Shown here: positions 24,656 to 39,125 of the stretch, piece by piece
How positions within the stretch are numbered: position 1 is the first letter of the stretch
How the letters are laid out: each line of letters starts with the position of its first letter
NCBI GenBank assembly: GCA_035084275.1
Contig: CM068754.1
Span: 8,370,001 to 8,434,000 of the forward strand
Length of the DNA stretch: 64,000 bases
Direction of reading: 5' to 3'
Source: Hydrolagus colliei
Lineage: Eukaryota
Position numbers and translations under genes: made by a program
Notes under the pieces: generated by a model
Told to the model about the DNA's origin: nothing
The model's input: only the letters and a program-made list of their open reading frames with translations
Databases searched by the model: none

Positions 24656-26048
24656 GGATGTCAAATAGATATCAATTCAAGTGGATTCAAGTTGCTGAAA
24701 TCCAACAGCCATTTACTCTGTTAAACCAAGCAAATGCAGAAATTCCTGAATGCTCCCTAAAGTGAATATTCAGTTCAGGTCAGAATCCATAGAACACAAT
24801 TCCCCATCGACATAACCAGAGTGGGAAGTCTCCCGAAATGCATGGTTTTAATTGCTGCTCTAATTGCTGCTCATCCCTCTCCCAAATTTGCTCACTGTTA
24901 ATAGGCCTGAAGGAACTGCAGAGCAGTGGGAAGAGGACCAACAACAAAACAGCAAAATCATACTTGTATACATGCCTTTCACATCAGGAGTCCCAAGGCC
25001 TGAACAGTTACTGCTTCACACCCGAGCTGAGGACAGGTGGGTGGGGGAGCAAGGGGGACATTTCAGGTTTCTGTCTCTTCTTAATCACCCCAGTGGCAAA
25101 CTCCCTTGAACAAAAGTGAAAAGATTGCACAAAATGATAATCCTTTGAACTATTCTCAGATTCAGACAACTATGAATTTCATTTAACAAAACCAATGAAA
25201 ACTCAGTTCAATTATCGTCAAGCTTTCCTGTTTTGATCCACACCCCTATCCGTCAAGAGTAGAAAAGAAAATTACACGTTGTTCCAGCAGTGTAAAAAAC
25301 TGTCACTGCCGGCATTCTTTGTATTTATTTGATTCTCATGCTCTTTGGATAAACAGGCAGGCCATTGCTGATAATTTCTGTCTGTGAGATTTGCACAAAT
25401 TTTGGGAATATAATAATGCAATCAAGCTTACAAAGTACTGTAAACCTAAAATAATTCATGGTCAAAAAATGTTTGTGCTATTCATGAATTGCCTGCCTAC
25501 CACAAGAAATTAATGAATAAATTTGAATTTATTAATAATAATGTTTTGATCTTTAAATCTCACACTATAACTTGCATGAGATTACAAACACATTTAGACG
25601 CGAGTTTCTTGAATATGAAGAAATAATTGTGCTCTAGCATTTGAGGTTTAACACGTGCCAGCCTTATATTGTAAGCGTGGTAGGAAACGATAAGATCGTA
25701 ATTTCATATCACAAAATTCCAAAGTTATAAATGATTACTGTTTAAAACCAATTCAAATTGGTTTGCCATCTGAATATTGACCAAATTACTGTACAATAAA
25801 TTGTCAAATTGATAAGTCAACATGAATTAATGCTTTTATGTAGGAAAACAGGAATGTGGATGATAAAAGACTGATTCTACTATGTATCTGACTGAATATT
25901 TAAAAAGTCATCTCCTCTCACACTTAATTCTCAAACCTGATGTCATAGAACGTTCATCTAAATCTATATTAAAATGGCCCAAACTATCCAACTATATAGA
26001 GAAACAATTCCCCACATTAATCCTTTCTTCTCTGTATAGTTATGTCTA

Positions 26049-26371
26049 AATAATAATAAATAATAATCCTTGCATTTTGATATAGCGCTTTTCACATCTT
26101 CTGACGTCTCAAAATGCTTCACAGAATGCAATGTAATGTGAATTGGCTGCATATCTGTGGGTGAAACGGGCAGCTAATTGCGCGCAGCAGTATCCCACGA
26201 AAAGTCATGGACTGAAATGACCAATTTTATTATTGTGTTTTGTTTGGAAAGATTATTATTAGGTGTTTGGAATAAGGAAACTTGTCCAAGGTTTCGCTCT
26301 GACCTGCCTGGATTCTAACACAGGGCTCACGCTTGTAAGGCGAATGCTCAAACCACTGAGCCACAGGACTC
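26049..26371 (-). mobile_element. Full-length tRNA-derived SINE
   Basis: Colinear with other family members. Confidence 0.88.
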
Positions 26372-26510
26372 TCTGTTCACTCTACTTTATGGTAATTTTT
26401 GTGAGCCCTGTGACTATAATGAGTAAAGTATCTGAAGGTAAATTTGCTAACTGCTTGAATGTTTTATCCAATTCAAAAAACAATAGAGCAGTATAGTACA
26501 GTATGATCCA

Positions 26511-26540
26511 ATAGTATAGTATAGTATAGTATAGTATAGT
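26511..26540. repeat. (ATAGT)6 microsatellite
   Basis: Six perfect pentamer units. Confidence 0.95.
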
Positions 26541-26584
26541 AATGATCCAATGTTTCTTCCATTTGAATTTTTCTCTCCTCCTTT

Positions 26585-26715
26585 AAGAACATAAGAATAT
26601 AAGAAATAGGAGCAGGAGTAGGCCATTCGGCCCATTGAGCCTGCCCCGCCATTCAATCATGGCTGATATTCTACTCTAACTCCAGCTACCTGCCTTACCC
26701 CCATACTCCTTAATC
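26585..26715 (-). mobile_element. CR1-type 3' tail (second subfamily, TTCTTATG terminal repeat)
   Basis: AAGAACATAAGAATATAAGAAATAGGAGCAGGAGTAGGCCATTCGG; same tail on + at ~51265-51312. Confidence 0.8.
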
Positions 26716-28459
26716 CTTTTATAATCCCTTTATAAATGAGAAATCTTTGAGTGAAGCAGTACATTTGGCAAATTAATGCTAATAGCCTCTTCAACCTGCT
26801 GGTAAATGTAAGTGAGTAGATGGAACCTCAACTTATTGGAATGGTTTTCCTGTGGATCAGTAGCATGCACTTCAGTTAATGGCAGTATTTTCTATTTGCA
26901 ATTTGGAGTCGCTGAAATGCAAATCCTGTTACCGATATCATGTTTTCAATCCCAACAACAGATTAAAAAAAACAAGCATCAGTTGAACGGCAATCCACAC
27001 ATAAATAACCACACGTAAATAACACCCACAAATGTAACCATTTGAAATTTAGTCAGAATCGTATTTTTCAGTTCTTTCACAAGGTTTCTTTCCTTTGATT
27101 GCTTTTGGGTGAGCAACAACGTTCTTTTTTTTAATTTCCTTTCATAAGACAACTGCATGACTTAGATGAAGAGAGGCCATAAGTGAACATATATCTGCTC
27201 TCCACTCCAAGCCCATCACCAAGCTTACAAGTGTTTCACAGATGTATGCCACATACGCATGGAAATTTCTGTCTGTCTGGAAAATAATGTACAGTTTCCC
27301 TGGAAGGGGCACACGCTGCTGTAACTAGCATTAGGTGCAGGTTCAATCTCTTTCGTCATTTAGTTTCACAAGCAAAAAGCATCCATGGCTCGAAACATGG
27401 AACAGTAGATATGACACGGGTGATAATTACTATACACCATGAGAAAGGATGCTATTTGCCGTAGAACAGTACATGATGCCCATCAATGTAGCTTTACTGA
27501 GAGGTAATGTCATTAAACATATAACATCAAAACATCTCAAAGCATTTCACAAGTGATAGCTGCCAAGTCTAGTGTGTGTATTTACAGCCACACGTGGCAC
27601 CCATTACCCCACAAGCAGCACTTACAAAGAGAGCTTTCAGTTGATGGATGATTTGGTCATCTCTCTTAAAACCGAGTATCATTTAGTACCCTTGTGCGAT
27701 GTCTTTAAAGACCGAGCATGTTTTTACCAATTTGCCGAACAGTTCCAGTTATTTTCTGCCTAATGAGTACTTTTGTTTTTAAGTGAATGAGTCAGGACTC
27801 ACAGGGCCAATTAATATTAAGTATAAGCATAAAGGTAATTATCAAGCATGGTATTTCATGTAATTACAGCTGTTTTGGTGAACCCCACAATCTAAAAAAA
27901 AGCAATTTGTCTATACTTGCTGACACCACTTCTACTGTAGACAGTGACAATTAATTCATCACACGAGTCATACAGTTTGATTTGGGTGTTGCTTTAGCCC
28001 GGCTTTTAGTTCAATACTTTTTTAATTAGTAACCACACAAAAATAGATGAAACTAAAATGTACAAATGAGGGATATATCCGCTTCTGAATCGGTCAGGAA
28101 AGTAAACTGTTTCAAACTGGCATTATTAGACCTCCCATTGAGTTTAGTTACTATGATAAAAGCTGAAATAGCAAATACCATATTTTGCTACCTTACCGAG
28201 AAAGAATTATTGATATTAAGCAGCCATTCATAAGGACGTTTTTGTACATCTTAAGCCACAGCAGATGAATTGGCCCCCATGATGTTTAAATGATTTGAAT
28301 GCTTGGCTGGTTGTACCTGACACCCATTGCTAACAGTTCTGCTTGGTAGTGATAGTTGTTGAACAGCAAAGCTAATTTTGGTTTAGCATTCCAAATCTTT
28401 CTTCTCTAAGTGTTCAGCCACTTTGACGTTATCAACCTAAACTTTGCACCTTAGTACCT

Positions 28460-28612
28460 TCCAACAGGAGGTCATTGGATCGCATTGAGGAGTGGAAACC
28501 ACGCCTGGTGTTCATTTCCATACCTTAGGGACAATAAAGCCACTGCATATTCCCAATAGCCACTCCAACTGAGATCAACCAACTTAGCACAGAGCAGGAT
28601 TTAAACTTGCAA
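28460..28612 (-). mobile_element. Ancient SINE-like repeat fragment (52545 family)
   Basis: Reverse complement contains CTGTGCTAAGTTGGTTGATCTCAG and CTCCTCAATGCGATCCAATGACCTCCTGTTGGAA, colinear with the other copies. Confidence 0.5.
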
Positions 28613-28714
28613 TGTGTAGGTTTGTGTGTTCTACTTATTAGGTCGTTGGGAGTGCAGAATCAATCAGGTTATTCAAGAACATTTTGATGATACTGTACAG
28701 AATTTGTGTCACAG

Positions 28715-29045
28715 TGGACATGGAGGTCGAGTGAGTTAATGCATGCTCCAGTTGTTTCTTGGACTTGGGCTTGAAACTCTAATGTTAGACTGATCCAATA
28801 AACAATATCACTGATGCTGTGGGAAGTGGATCTCCGCAAGTTCAACATTGATCCCGGTGAGTATAGGTAAAGAGCGCAAAGTTACCTATAGTAAAGCACA
28901 AACTGACTGTGATCTCTTGGCCCTTCAGAGAGATGAGGAAGGTGTTAGAAACAGAAATGTTTCACGCTAATATTGCTGCTTTCCATAGGCTCAAGTTAAT
29001 GCAAGTTTTTTTAGTGCAGAGTGGAGGGAATGTTTCACTTGGTTA
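28715..29045 (+). mobile_element. LF-SINE-like ancient SINE relic
   Basis: Degenerate tRNA-like head and downstream blocks (CACAAACTGAC, CAGAGAG, GTGGAGGGAATGTTTCACT) in the order recalled for the LF-SINE consensus; highly diverged. Confidence 0.4.
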
Positions 29046-32000
29046 CAATACAGGGAGCCAAGGAGAGTGCCATTAAAAAATACAGACTCACATTAAACTA
29101 TCGGTGATAATGAGGTGCAAAAGGTGGTGAGGATATTCACTGAATTTTGCGCAGCACGAAGTTATACCTACAATCCCTCTGAGCATATAGATATGACAGA
29201 CATTTGAGTTTAGCTAAAGACAAGGGGTTCTTTCTTTTGTGGGTGACAAAGATATTGAGGGGCTGAAGGCGGGTGGAGGTGGGCGGGGGTGGGGTGGAGG
29301 AGTGTAAAACAAGATTTCAAAAAGCGGCTGGCTGGTATTACACTAATCTGAAATGTGAGGCAGTCTGCCAACGGGTGGTAGGGAAGACGTCTCCGCAAAC
29401 ACCCTGGTTACAGGGTTTGGGAATCATAGGTGACAGTTTATAAACCTAAAATAAATCTGTGGTTGCCAAAGGGGCAAGTTCAGTGCAGTCTTCACTGCAG
29501 GTGGCTGCACATTTCAGAATCTGAAAACAGATGCACAAGTGGAACCTCATAGCTTGCAATTTGTACACCAAGGAATAACAAAATAGTACTGCCCTGGGAG
29601 GATAATTTTAACTGAGGTTTTGTGAGGCTTATACAAATGTTGTAGACCGTTTCAAACTATGATGGAATTAATAGAAAACTTTCAAAGCCGGGACAATTCC
29701 ACCTCTTATCATCACAGCTCTGGCCCAGCTGAAATTTAACTTCAGAAAATGTGAGCAGATATTTTTGTGAGTCTTTTTTCAGAATATCTGCCAATGTAGT
29801 GCCAAAGGTTATCGCTGAAAGCTTTCACACAGCAGTAAGCAGACAGACAGCCCGTTTATCTGATGTTTTGTGTTAACCACTGCACCACCACTAAAATAGC
29901 AATGCTTCAATGTTTTGATCGATTGGCCACTTATTAATTGTCAGATTTAAACACAGCATATTTTGACCACAAAAAATGTCAATTCACTTCATAGTATATT
30001 CTGTGAAGCACTTTGAGACATGCTAAGGCATGTTAACAACAACAGCATTACATTTTGTATAGCGCCTTTCACATCGGGAGAACATCCCATCAAATACACA
30101 TGAGAATATTATTATCATTATAACATCATGGATGTAGGATAAAATCAAGAATTGTATTTTGATTGGTCAATTTATTTTAAGGTTCCAGGTAAAAAGGTTC
30201 ACACCCACCACAAATGATATCTCCTCTCCTGCCCTTGGTTTGGACTTGTTAAGATGGCCTGCAGTTCACGCCCTGCTTGAAGGCACTACCGTCGAAATGG
30301 CTCACTGACTCGCCTCTGCTGGGGAAATGGTGACCACGTAGCTCCTGCAGAAATGACATCAGCGCTCATAAAATCAATATTTAAAAGAGGTAAATAATTC
30401 AGTCATCACAATGATGTGCACATATACTTATTAAAAAGGAAGTGAATTGAGTAAACATATATGGTAAAACTATGACATGCATAGGATCGGAGCGTTGAAT
30501 TCAGCTCAGGTGTTCAATTTCACCTTCAGGTTTCAATCCAGGTTGCTTTCTGGGTGGACATTGCTTATTCGTCTGGCCCAGGCAAGGCTGGAGGAGAAGA
30601 AATGAAAAGAAAATCCAGGATAAGTGGGCCTTATTGCATCAGAAGAGTTTTCTACCTATTGCTATAATCGTGTCTACATGTTGTAAAGCTACATAAGTAT
30701 ACAGGAATTGTAAGTTTGCATTCCTTGCCTTGAATAACATTCATTTCCACCAGGTAAATCAGCTACTCCAAAGTAAAGGAATCGAACCGCAAGTCAAACT
30801 TGCCATGTTAACTTTCTACGTTAAACTCCTGTGCAGAGCTGCTTAATTAATGTCTGGACAGGTTGGCAGAGAATTGTCATTTAATTACATAACAGCCTGC
30901 AAAGCAGCAGGCCACCACATAAGTGCTTTATTCTTATATTGTGAAAGCATCATCACCACGAGACAGTGATGCTGTACGAGAAAGTTCGCACATTTTTTAT
31001 GTCTCCAGGATAGTGAATTTTTTAATTAAAATATTGCAAAAAAAATCTGAGTTAATAAAACAAAGTTTGAAAATTCCTAATTTCTTACCAGGGGCATTTT
31101 ATTTGTTACAACTGTGATGTCCCAACCCCAAATTGACAAATGGTGCAGCCATTAAGAGACAGATGTTGGCTCACTCTACAATGAAAGTACAGTATAGATA
31201 AAATAATACAGAACATTGTATATCTTATATACTGGTTTGCACATTTTTAATGCAATATATTTGCTCCTTTAACACTGTAAATTAGGCGCAGTAAGGTTCT
31301 CTGCACCTCGACAAATTTTCAGCCACAAAAAGCAACTTCAATCAACCAACTGAAAAGGTAAACAACATGAGAAAAGCATCGGCCTGACAGAACTGTGATA
31401 CTACCGACTGATTGCCTGCAGGAGGAACCAACCGTGATGTCTCGTAGGTGTATCCAGGCAATCAGCAACAAGCATTCACCAAGCAAAATATATGTTGTTG
31501 CTGTGATGAGCGATTGATATATGACAATAAATCTACATTATAGCATGCACAGAAAACATGCGCCCAAAAAGCAAGTGATTTTGCGCTCTATATTCTATTA
31601 CTTATGTGAAATGCAAGTTCATTCATCGATGTGAAAGGGCTAGACTGCAAAAGCAAAATGGTCACATGTGTCCAGTGGGCAGTGGGGTTGGATTGTGCTG
31701 AGTTACAAGCAGCAGCATTGTTTAATATTTCAGTTCAATTGCAGTACAATGCCTTGTAAATGAGTTTCCTCAACTGTATTCTGTATCATGCATGTGGTTC
31801 AGTAGAGATTTACTGGAGGATAAATTCTCTCACAAGTCAATGCTGAAATACCATTGTCGCGCACACACTACTATCTAAATTGCACAAATGACCCGTGAAG
31901 AGTAGCTTATTGAAATGTACATGGCTCATGCAGCGACACGGATCTGTCTTGTCACTATACTGAGAGATTTATTGAGTGTTACCTTGTTGGTTTTAAGATC

Positions 32001-32444
32001 TTCAATCAGCAAACGGTGTGCCTGCATGTTACTGCAATTTATTGATCAAGTATACTGTTTCTCCTAATGTGTCAACAAAGGTTCAAGAGTTTTATTTTTT
32101 ACTTTACCTCTAATCTATTATCTATTGACAAACTCCAGTTAACTTAATCACCGCCACATTACACCTACTAGTAGCTCTGTCTCCTTCCCCCCTCCACCTT
32201 ACACCCACACGCAGAGCCAGTTGCATCATTTAAGCAGACAATATAACTTGCCATTGACTCAGCGGGTGGAAATCTCACTCACGCTACCAATTATGACAAA
32301 ATACACTGCGCAGAGTGATTCTCTGTAATTATAAAACTGTCACTGCAATCCATAACAGTAAAATAGTCTGAAGACTTCATACAGGACCGCAGAACCCTTT
32401 GATGTATTAGAACTTTGTTGTAAAGTACTAATGGTTAATGGCAT

Positions 32445-33107
32445 AACAACAAAAACTTGCATTCATATAGCACACTCAACGCCAGGCGGCATCTCAGAGC
32501 GCTTCACAATGGCGGTGCCCAAGGCCGGGCCAGGGGGAGAGGGGAGGTGACCATCAGTACGGTCGAAGAGAAAGGCCTTCAGGTCAAACCTCAAAGGTGG
32601 GAAAGGAGGGTTTGAGATGAGTGAGTTGAGGGAGGGAGTTCCAAAGTTTTGGGGAGTTGTGGCTGAAAGCATGACATTGATTCTGGAGTGGAGGATTTGG
32701 AGGACAAGGGGGAGGCCAGATTCAGTAAAGCTGAGGCATCGGGTACTGCTGTGAGGAGAGAGTAGATTAGAAAGGTAAGGTGTACAGAAGAGTGGAGAGA
32801 TTTAAATACAACAGTGAGGATCTTGAAGTTCATCCATTCTGTGACAGGGAGCCAATGCGGTTTGGCAAGGAGTGGTGGTGGAGTTTTGTATGAGTTGAAT
32901 TTTGTGGATGGTGGAGGAGTGGAGACTGGCGAGCAGAGCTTCATAATAGTCCAGCCAAGTGATGACAAAGGCATGGACCTGGTTTTCGGCAGCAAGTTGA
33001 GATTGAGGTATTGGAGGACGGGCAATGTGGCAGAGATGGAAGAAAGGAGTGCAGTGGAACCCAATATGGGGGAGGGAGTATAACTGGGGATCAAATCTGA
33101 TGCCTAA
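32445..33107 (-). mobile_element. L2 LINE 3' portion, degraded
   Basis: Minus frames give VHAFVITWLDYYEALLASL...KIQLIQNS, HWLPVTEWMNFKILTVVFKSLH and LKAFLFDR; tail at 32445. Confidence 0.9.
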
Positions 33108-33332
33108 GGTATGCATGCAACTGCATAAACAGTTAGATTACAGGAAAATTGACTAAGTGACAAATTGGCTGTTAATGGTAAACAGTAACTCCGGCATATA
33201 CGTGTTAACGTAAAACATTTCATCCACTGATCACTTAGATCTTCAATTTTTAAAAAAATGATTTTTTCTTCCCCTTCAGCCAGTTCCAATGGCACAAATC
33301 CCTAATATGGCACCTTGACTTCCCAATACACC

Positions 33333-33565
33333 ACAATTACATTTATATAGCGCCTTTCACATCACAAATGCCTTGCGGTGAAGTGTTTTCACATTGGGCA
33401 AAAGTCTCAAAGTGCTTTACAATGCTAGCTAAGCACTTAGCTGGAGCGTGCAAGTTGATAAGGGTGAGGAGGGCAAAGGTGATGGAAAGTGCGGACAAAG
33501 AGGAAAACCTTGAGGTGGGCTTGGAATGTAGGGAGGGAAGGAGCAAGTCAAAGAGATTCCAATCC
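33333..33565 (-). mobile_element. Degraded L2 tail and 3' fragment
   Basis: ATTTATATAGCGCCTTTCACAT tail motif followed by purine-rich L2-like sequence. Confidence 0.55.
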
Positions 33566-34868
33566 TGTGAATACAGTATGAACCCACTAAAATATCAAGT
33601 CTCTCCCTATGACATATGCAAACATTTCTTACCATAATGTTGAAAAATGATTATGTTATACCTGTTGGAATCTGCCATCCCTAGTTTCAAGACATATGCA
33701 AAAAGCTGTCTTCCTGTGTCACAGCTAGCATTGGGCTGATATATGTGTTGGAAAAAGTTTGTTTCACCTTGAATGATTAATTGATTAAAAGTTACTGACG
33801 TTAGAGATGAAACATTATTCATCTGGTTTATTTTTGGTTCAAATCTGCCTCAGTTGAAGGCAAAACTCAAAGTACTCTGACCCGATATAACAGGTGCATT
33901 ATGCAGATATGAATTCCACTATCTGAATAATGCGCTTTGCCAAATAAAGTGGAACTGTCTATTTAATACAGAGCAGTTTTGATGAAAAGCTCCACTTGGA
34001 CTGCAAATGGTAAAAAAAAATTACATCTGAGCTCCGTATCGCTGTCAATTCTGAATTGTTTGCCAATCAGATCACTGCACAGCAAGTATTCATTTGGGAA
34101 ATTTGCTTACTTCCGGATCTGTTATTTTAATGGAACAGTAAAAATGACAGCAGCTGATTCTTGTAATATTACCGCAGATTTCCCTGACAAGAAACGTTTG
34201 ATCCATTTGATCTCTGTGGGAAGGTAAATGTGCATTTCAGCGAAGGTTCTGAAGAACTTGATTTTTGATACTATTCCTAAATGACGTCTGTCTGCACTTC
34301 TGACACAGTATATAGTATTGTCTCCTTGAATTAAACTATTTAAATTATGCAATGCATCAAATTACGAATATAGCAGTGTTGATCAATAAACTGCCTTTGA
34401 TTGAGGAGCATATGCAGTGTTACCATAGGCTTGGTTTTATTTAGAATTAAGAAAACAAAAGGCTCAGGAATATCAACGTCATTGAAAAGAAACAGAAATT
34501 TAGTTGGTTTTATATTTTCTTTTTAAAGGCAAAGTTACTGAAAATGTATAAATTATAGGCTAACCAAGTCAGGCAGAAATTAAACACAAATCTGGGTTCA
34601 CATATTGAATACAATTACACAATGTACAAACAGTTTGTGAATCAACGCAAAGGGAGACAGGAGACAGTAATGATAATAACAACAACAGCATGCAATTTTA
34701 TAGCACCCTTCAAACCAGTGTCTTGGACCGCTTAAATTTCTGTATGAATCGGGCTCACTGTCTTCTGTAGGATTAAGATATTTCCATAAATATATTCTTT
34801 AAGATATTTGGAAACTACTCGAGGTAAACAGTGTTTGTTCTGAACTATGTTTGAAGATTCCTCTTGCT

Positions 34869-34907
34869 GCATTCCTAGTGGTTTTGGTTAAGATCAAGTG
34901 ATGTATC
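34869..34907 (+). pseudogene. U2 snRNA 5'-end fragment
   Basis: TTTTGGTTAAGATCAAGTGATGTATC vs U2 TTTTGGCTAAGATCAAGTGTAGTATC (23/26). Confidence 0.55.
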
Positions 34908-37900
34908 CTTAGTGGTCACGAAATGAGATCTGCAGTTCATAACCTTGCTTTAAACATTTGATTCTCAAGAGTATCCATCTTCAATCTTAGTTTTTCAATT
35001 TAACTAAAACGAGATCTGGGATTAAACATTGATATTCTTAGGTATTTCTCCACTAGCTAAAGTTAACTAGTATTCAGTTGGTCGAAAAAGGGAAAAAGAG
35101 TCATTTTATATTTCCGCTTTAAATTGTTGTACTATACTAAGAAATGCATTTTTTTAAACTTGTTTCTTATTGCAAGAATAACTGTCTTAGTTCTAGAAAG
35201 GACATTCTGGGTTTATAAAGTACAATGATTTCATATATTTAATTTCATATTCTAGTAATAATTTCACAGTTTTACAAATTTATATTTTTTATTTCATGTT
35301 CTTGCCTCTTTGGGGAATTTTCTGAGGAAGATAATATTCAGTCATTTTAGGATCCAGAGCAGTTTTAAAGAATGAGGAATATTTTCTGAATTAAAGGTTA
35401 CGTGACAGACTTTAGATTAGTTTTTATTGAGAATGTTATTGAATAAGTAATGTCTGAAATATGTAAGCAAATTATTTTGCTTCTCATTGACTATCATGCC
35501 ATAGATTTTCTGTGCAACTTCGTCAAATCTTTGAGATGTACTCCCGACATGAAAGGCGATATATTTAAGTAAATTATATTGTTTGTGACTGCTATAGTAC
35601 ATTCAACAACAACAATAATTGCACTTATATGGTGTCCTCCACACCGAGTGGCATCTCAGAGCACTTAACGGTGACGGAGCCTGACTTTGGCAGGTATTCC
35701 TATTTTGCCTTCTTTCTCTGCATTCTACTGATAACACTCATTGGTTGTGATTTTTCCTGACAGTATATAGTTTCTAAATAGTGTGCCATTAAAATACCTT
35801 CACCATCAACATATGCTAAAATGCAACCTTCTTGAAACAAACTTCTTACCACACTAAATATACCTCCAGAGTCTTGTGAAGCCTATCGAGGCCAGTGTCT
35901 TATGTGCACTCTTCACTGGCAAAGTCCCTGTTCTCTTCAGTTTGTGACTTGCTCCCTGACCTCGAACTTCTAAGTACTGTACAAAGACTCTCTCCAGGCC
36001 TGGTAGTTGCACAACATGAACCATACAGCTCAGACTAACTCTATTTAACCAGTACAATCTAACCTTGTCACCAGATATCCCTAAAGTAATGCATTCACTA
36101 TGTGTCCTTCTTTATATACTTTTTAAGTTGAATTGTTATACAGTATTATCAATTTGCCAAGAAGCTAGACATAAACAGAAATCCTGGCAGGTTATCACAG
36201 AGTGTTGGACCTAATGTAATAATACATTACTAATTCATTACTTGAATTTTATTCAGTCTGGTCCATTTAAATACTGTTTTCTACAATACCTGTCAAGTAC
36301 ATTATCTCAGTGCAGAATTCTCTGTAATTAGGATTTATAATGGATGTTCTGCATTTTTTAACCTTGGTATGTGTGTAAGCTCTGAATTCATTTAAAGATA
36401 TATATTGCCGTCTAAAAGGTAGCTATTTCAATGAGGTAGCACATCACACCAACTCACAGGAATCCTGCCAAAGCAATCTACTTTCAGGGTGGATTTCCCA
36501 TTAGTCGATTTGATGCGTGCGACACACTTCTGATGAAAGGAAAACACCCCTGCTTGAATTATTTATTTAAAAGTCTAGGTTAAAATCTCTGCATTTTAGA
36601 CTACATTGATACAAAGACTGTAGCGATTGGTGTCTCCATTTACATTCATCCTCTTAAAATAAGGTTGGTAACTTCCCAAAAGAGGAACCTAAGTAAAATA
36701 AATAATTCAAAATGGTTGTGAGATGTTCTGGGTTTCAAATATCACCTCTGCTTGGATCTATGTTTCTAAGCCTCCAATCTTGCTTGCTGGGTATTGCCAG
36801 AAGATGTATGTGTACAGGATGAACATGGGAAAATTGACACAAACATAATTACAATAATGTTTGGGCAGAATAGACCTTAATATAAGGCAAATGGTAAATG
36901 TGATCTGGGGCATTGATCTTCAGCCAGTCAGATCAATGCTGGTGTTCGTGAGACATTCATCTCTAAACACATGAATTAGATTAAAATTGGCACAAACCTA
37001 TCAAGTGATTTTCCCTTCTTAACCAGCAGTTAATGCAGGCAATAATTCAATTTCATAACATTCGTGGCTTATTAAATGTTTCTGCTCCTTATGACTGCAC
37101 CCTGGTTGGTTTGCATGCCAGCTGATATCACAGTGGTGTTCAGAAACTACAAACAGTATCACTCAATTAATGTACAAGCAGTGTGCAATGCCCAGGGCAT
37201 GACTATTAATATGGTTGTGAAGAATACAGAGAGATGGCAGGATGAATAAATATATTTGCCAATTCTGCTCTGAGGGTGACACTTTGCTTGTGGGGCACAT
37301 ATTAGTCTAAAACAGGTGATTCATTAATGAAAGGGATTAAATTGTAGATTATGTGGACTACTCTGGCATACAACAAGCCAGTTCTATGCTTATGTTTCAC
37401 CTTGACTGACAGCATAACCTTTGCTGACAATTTCTGCAAACAATTCAAGGGAGCCAAGGGCATGCCACATTGAACGTCACTGTTCATCTTCAAATCTCGG
37501 AGAAGCTTGGATGCCACAGAGAAGGCTGTCCAATACAATACCTAAATGGTCCACGGAGTTCTCCTGGCAGTCTGCTTCCCTTACAATATTGAACCCTCTG
37601 ACATGGAATTGATTTGTAAAGGAGGAAGATAATCACACATAAGTGACATAACTCTAAGCAGATACGTTTGCAACATGGGTTAGTGCAAGGCACATTCATC
37701 CTTAACCATATTTTCCAAGTCTGAGCATATCAGAAACCTCTGTTTTATACATGAAACACCACTACAGTATCGTGAAAATTAAAAAGCAGGCATTTAACTG
37801 TCCTTTTCAATCTCTTCTTTATTCATGCTTACCTCGAGTCCACAGAAGAATCTAGCCAGACACATGGGAGAGTATTCCCCAGTGCACAACTCAAAACACC

Positions 37901-38794
37901 CAAAGAAAAGTCACAAGGGGATGTCCACACTGCATCATAGAGAAGCACAAAATCCACTTCCCAAATTACACCCTACGCACACACAAAACAATAGTCCCTG
38001 GACACTTAGTCTCATTCTATCAGTCATTTTAATAAATTAGCAATAGACTAAAGACAAAGAAGGGATACGTATACTTATTCTTTTTTTATAGGCAGTTCAT
38101 TGACTGTGTTTTGAAGATTTGGTAGATGGTTTTCCCTTCCATGAGGAAGTAGTGTTGAATTCATCATGGAAAGCTAGCTTTGATTGCAAATGGGGAAGTA
38201 GGAGAGCCATGGAGCACTGAGGGTGCTACACTGTGTTGTACAGGAGATAGATCCTATGGTAATTATGGTACATTAGCTGGAGTATGTGATTCTAGTTCTA
38301 ACTTTAGGGATGGGAGATTATCACCTGACATACTGCATTTTACACATTGAGGGGCTCAGGCAGGTTCCTCATACTGTAATACCACAGTATTTAGTTTTCA
38401 CCACTTTTTACAGTTCATTAAAATCTCCAAATACAAAGCATCTTGGACTCGGAGGAAGATTAACATTTGCTCAAAACGCCCCAAATGCTTTTGCAGAACC
38501 AGATCAGTCAACAGGCCATTCTGTGGAGTGGCAAAGCTTTCCTTGGGGTACTTTCGAGGTGGTTCAGTTCATGTTTGCTTAACAATGAACACACAACATT
38601 TGCTGAGGAACACAAAATTATGTGGGAGGCTAAATATGGAAACCATAGCATGCAGAAACTCATGGATTGAACATCTTATTATATTGGGTAAAGTTGGTTT
38701 GTACCTGCACTAAAAACTCTGAAGGGAAGTTGTGATGTATTTATGATCATATCCAAGGTATGTTTCAAATGAAAAAAATTTCATCCAGCTATTC

Positions 38795-39125
38795 TGACCA
38801 CATCACTTCCACTGCGATAACATCTCTCCCACCCTTGGCTGGCTCCATTGGCTCCCCCGTCCACCAGAAGATCAAATTCAAGATTCTTGTCCTCACATTC
38901 TAGGCCATTCCCCCTCCTATCTCTCGCATGCACTGTCCCCCTAGGCACCTGGCTACCCACTCTATTCGGCAGGCTCCAGTGTGCTCCATGTCCCTCGCCC
39001 GACCCACCTACCATCGGTGGACGGAATTTCAACCTCTCTGCCCCCACAGTCTGGAACTCCATCCCACAGTCCCTTTCTCCCATTGTCAAGCCCATCCTCT
39101 TCGATCGTGCCTTCTGCTGCCCTCC
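38795..39125 (+). mobile_element. L2 LINE 3' fragment, degraded
   Basis: LHWLPRPPEDQIQ (frameshifted HWLPV..RIKFKILVL), PTIGGRNFNLSAPTVWNSIPQSL, LFDRAFC. Confidence 0.85.

Noticed and set aside
36910-36939. 10-bp inverted repeat GCATTGATCT...AGATCAATGC
   Set aside because: Short enough to arise by chance; no other support
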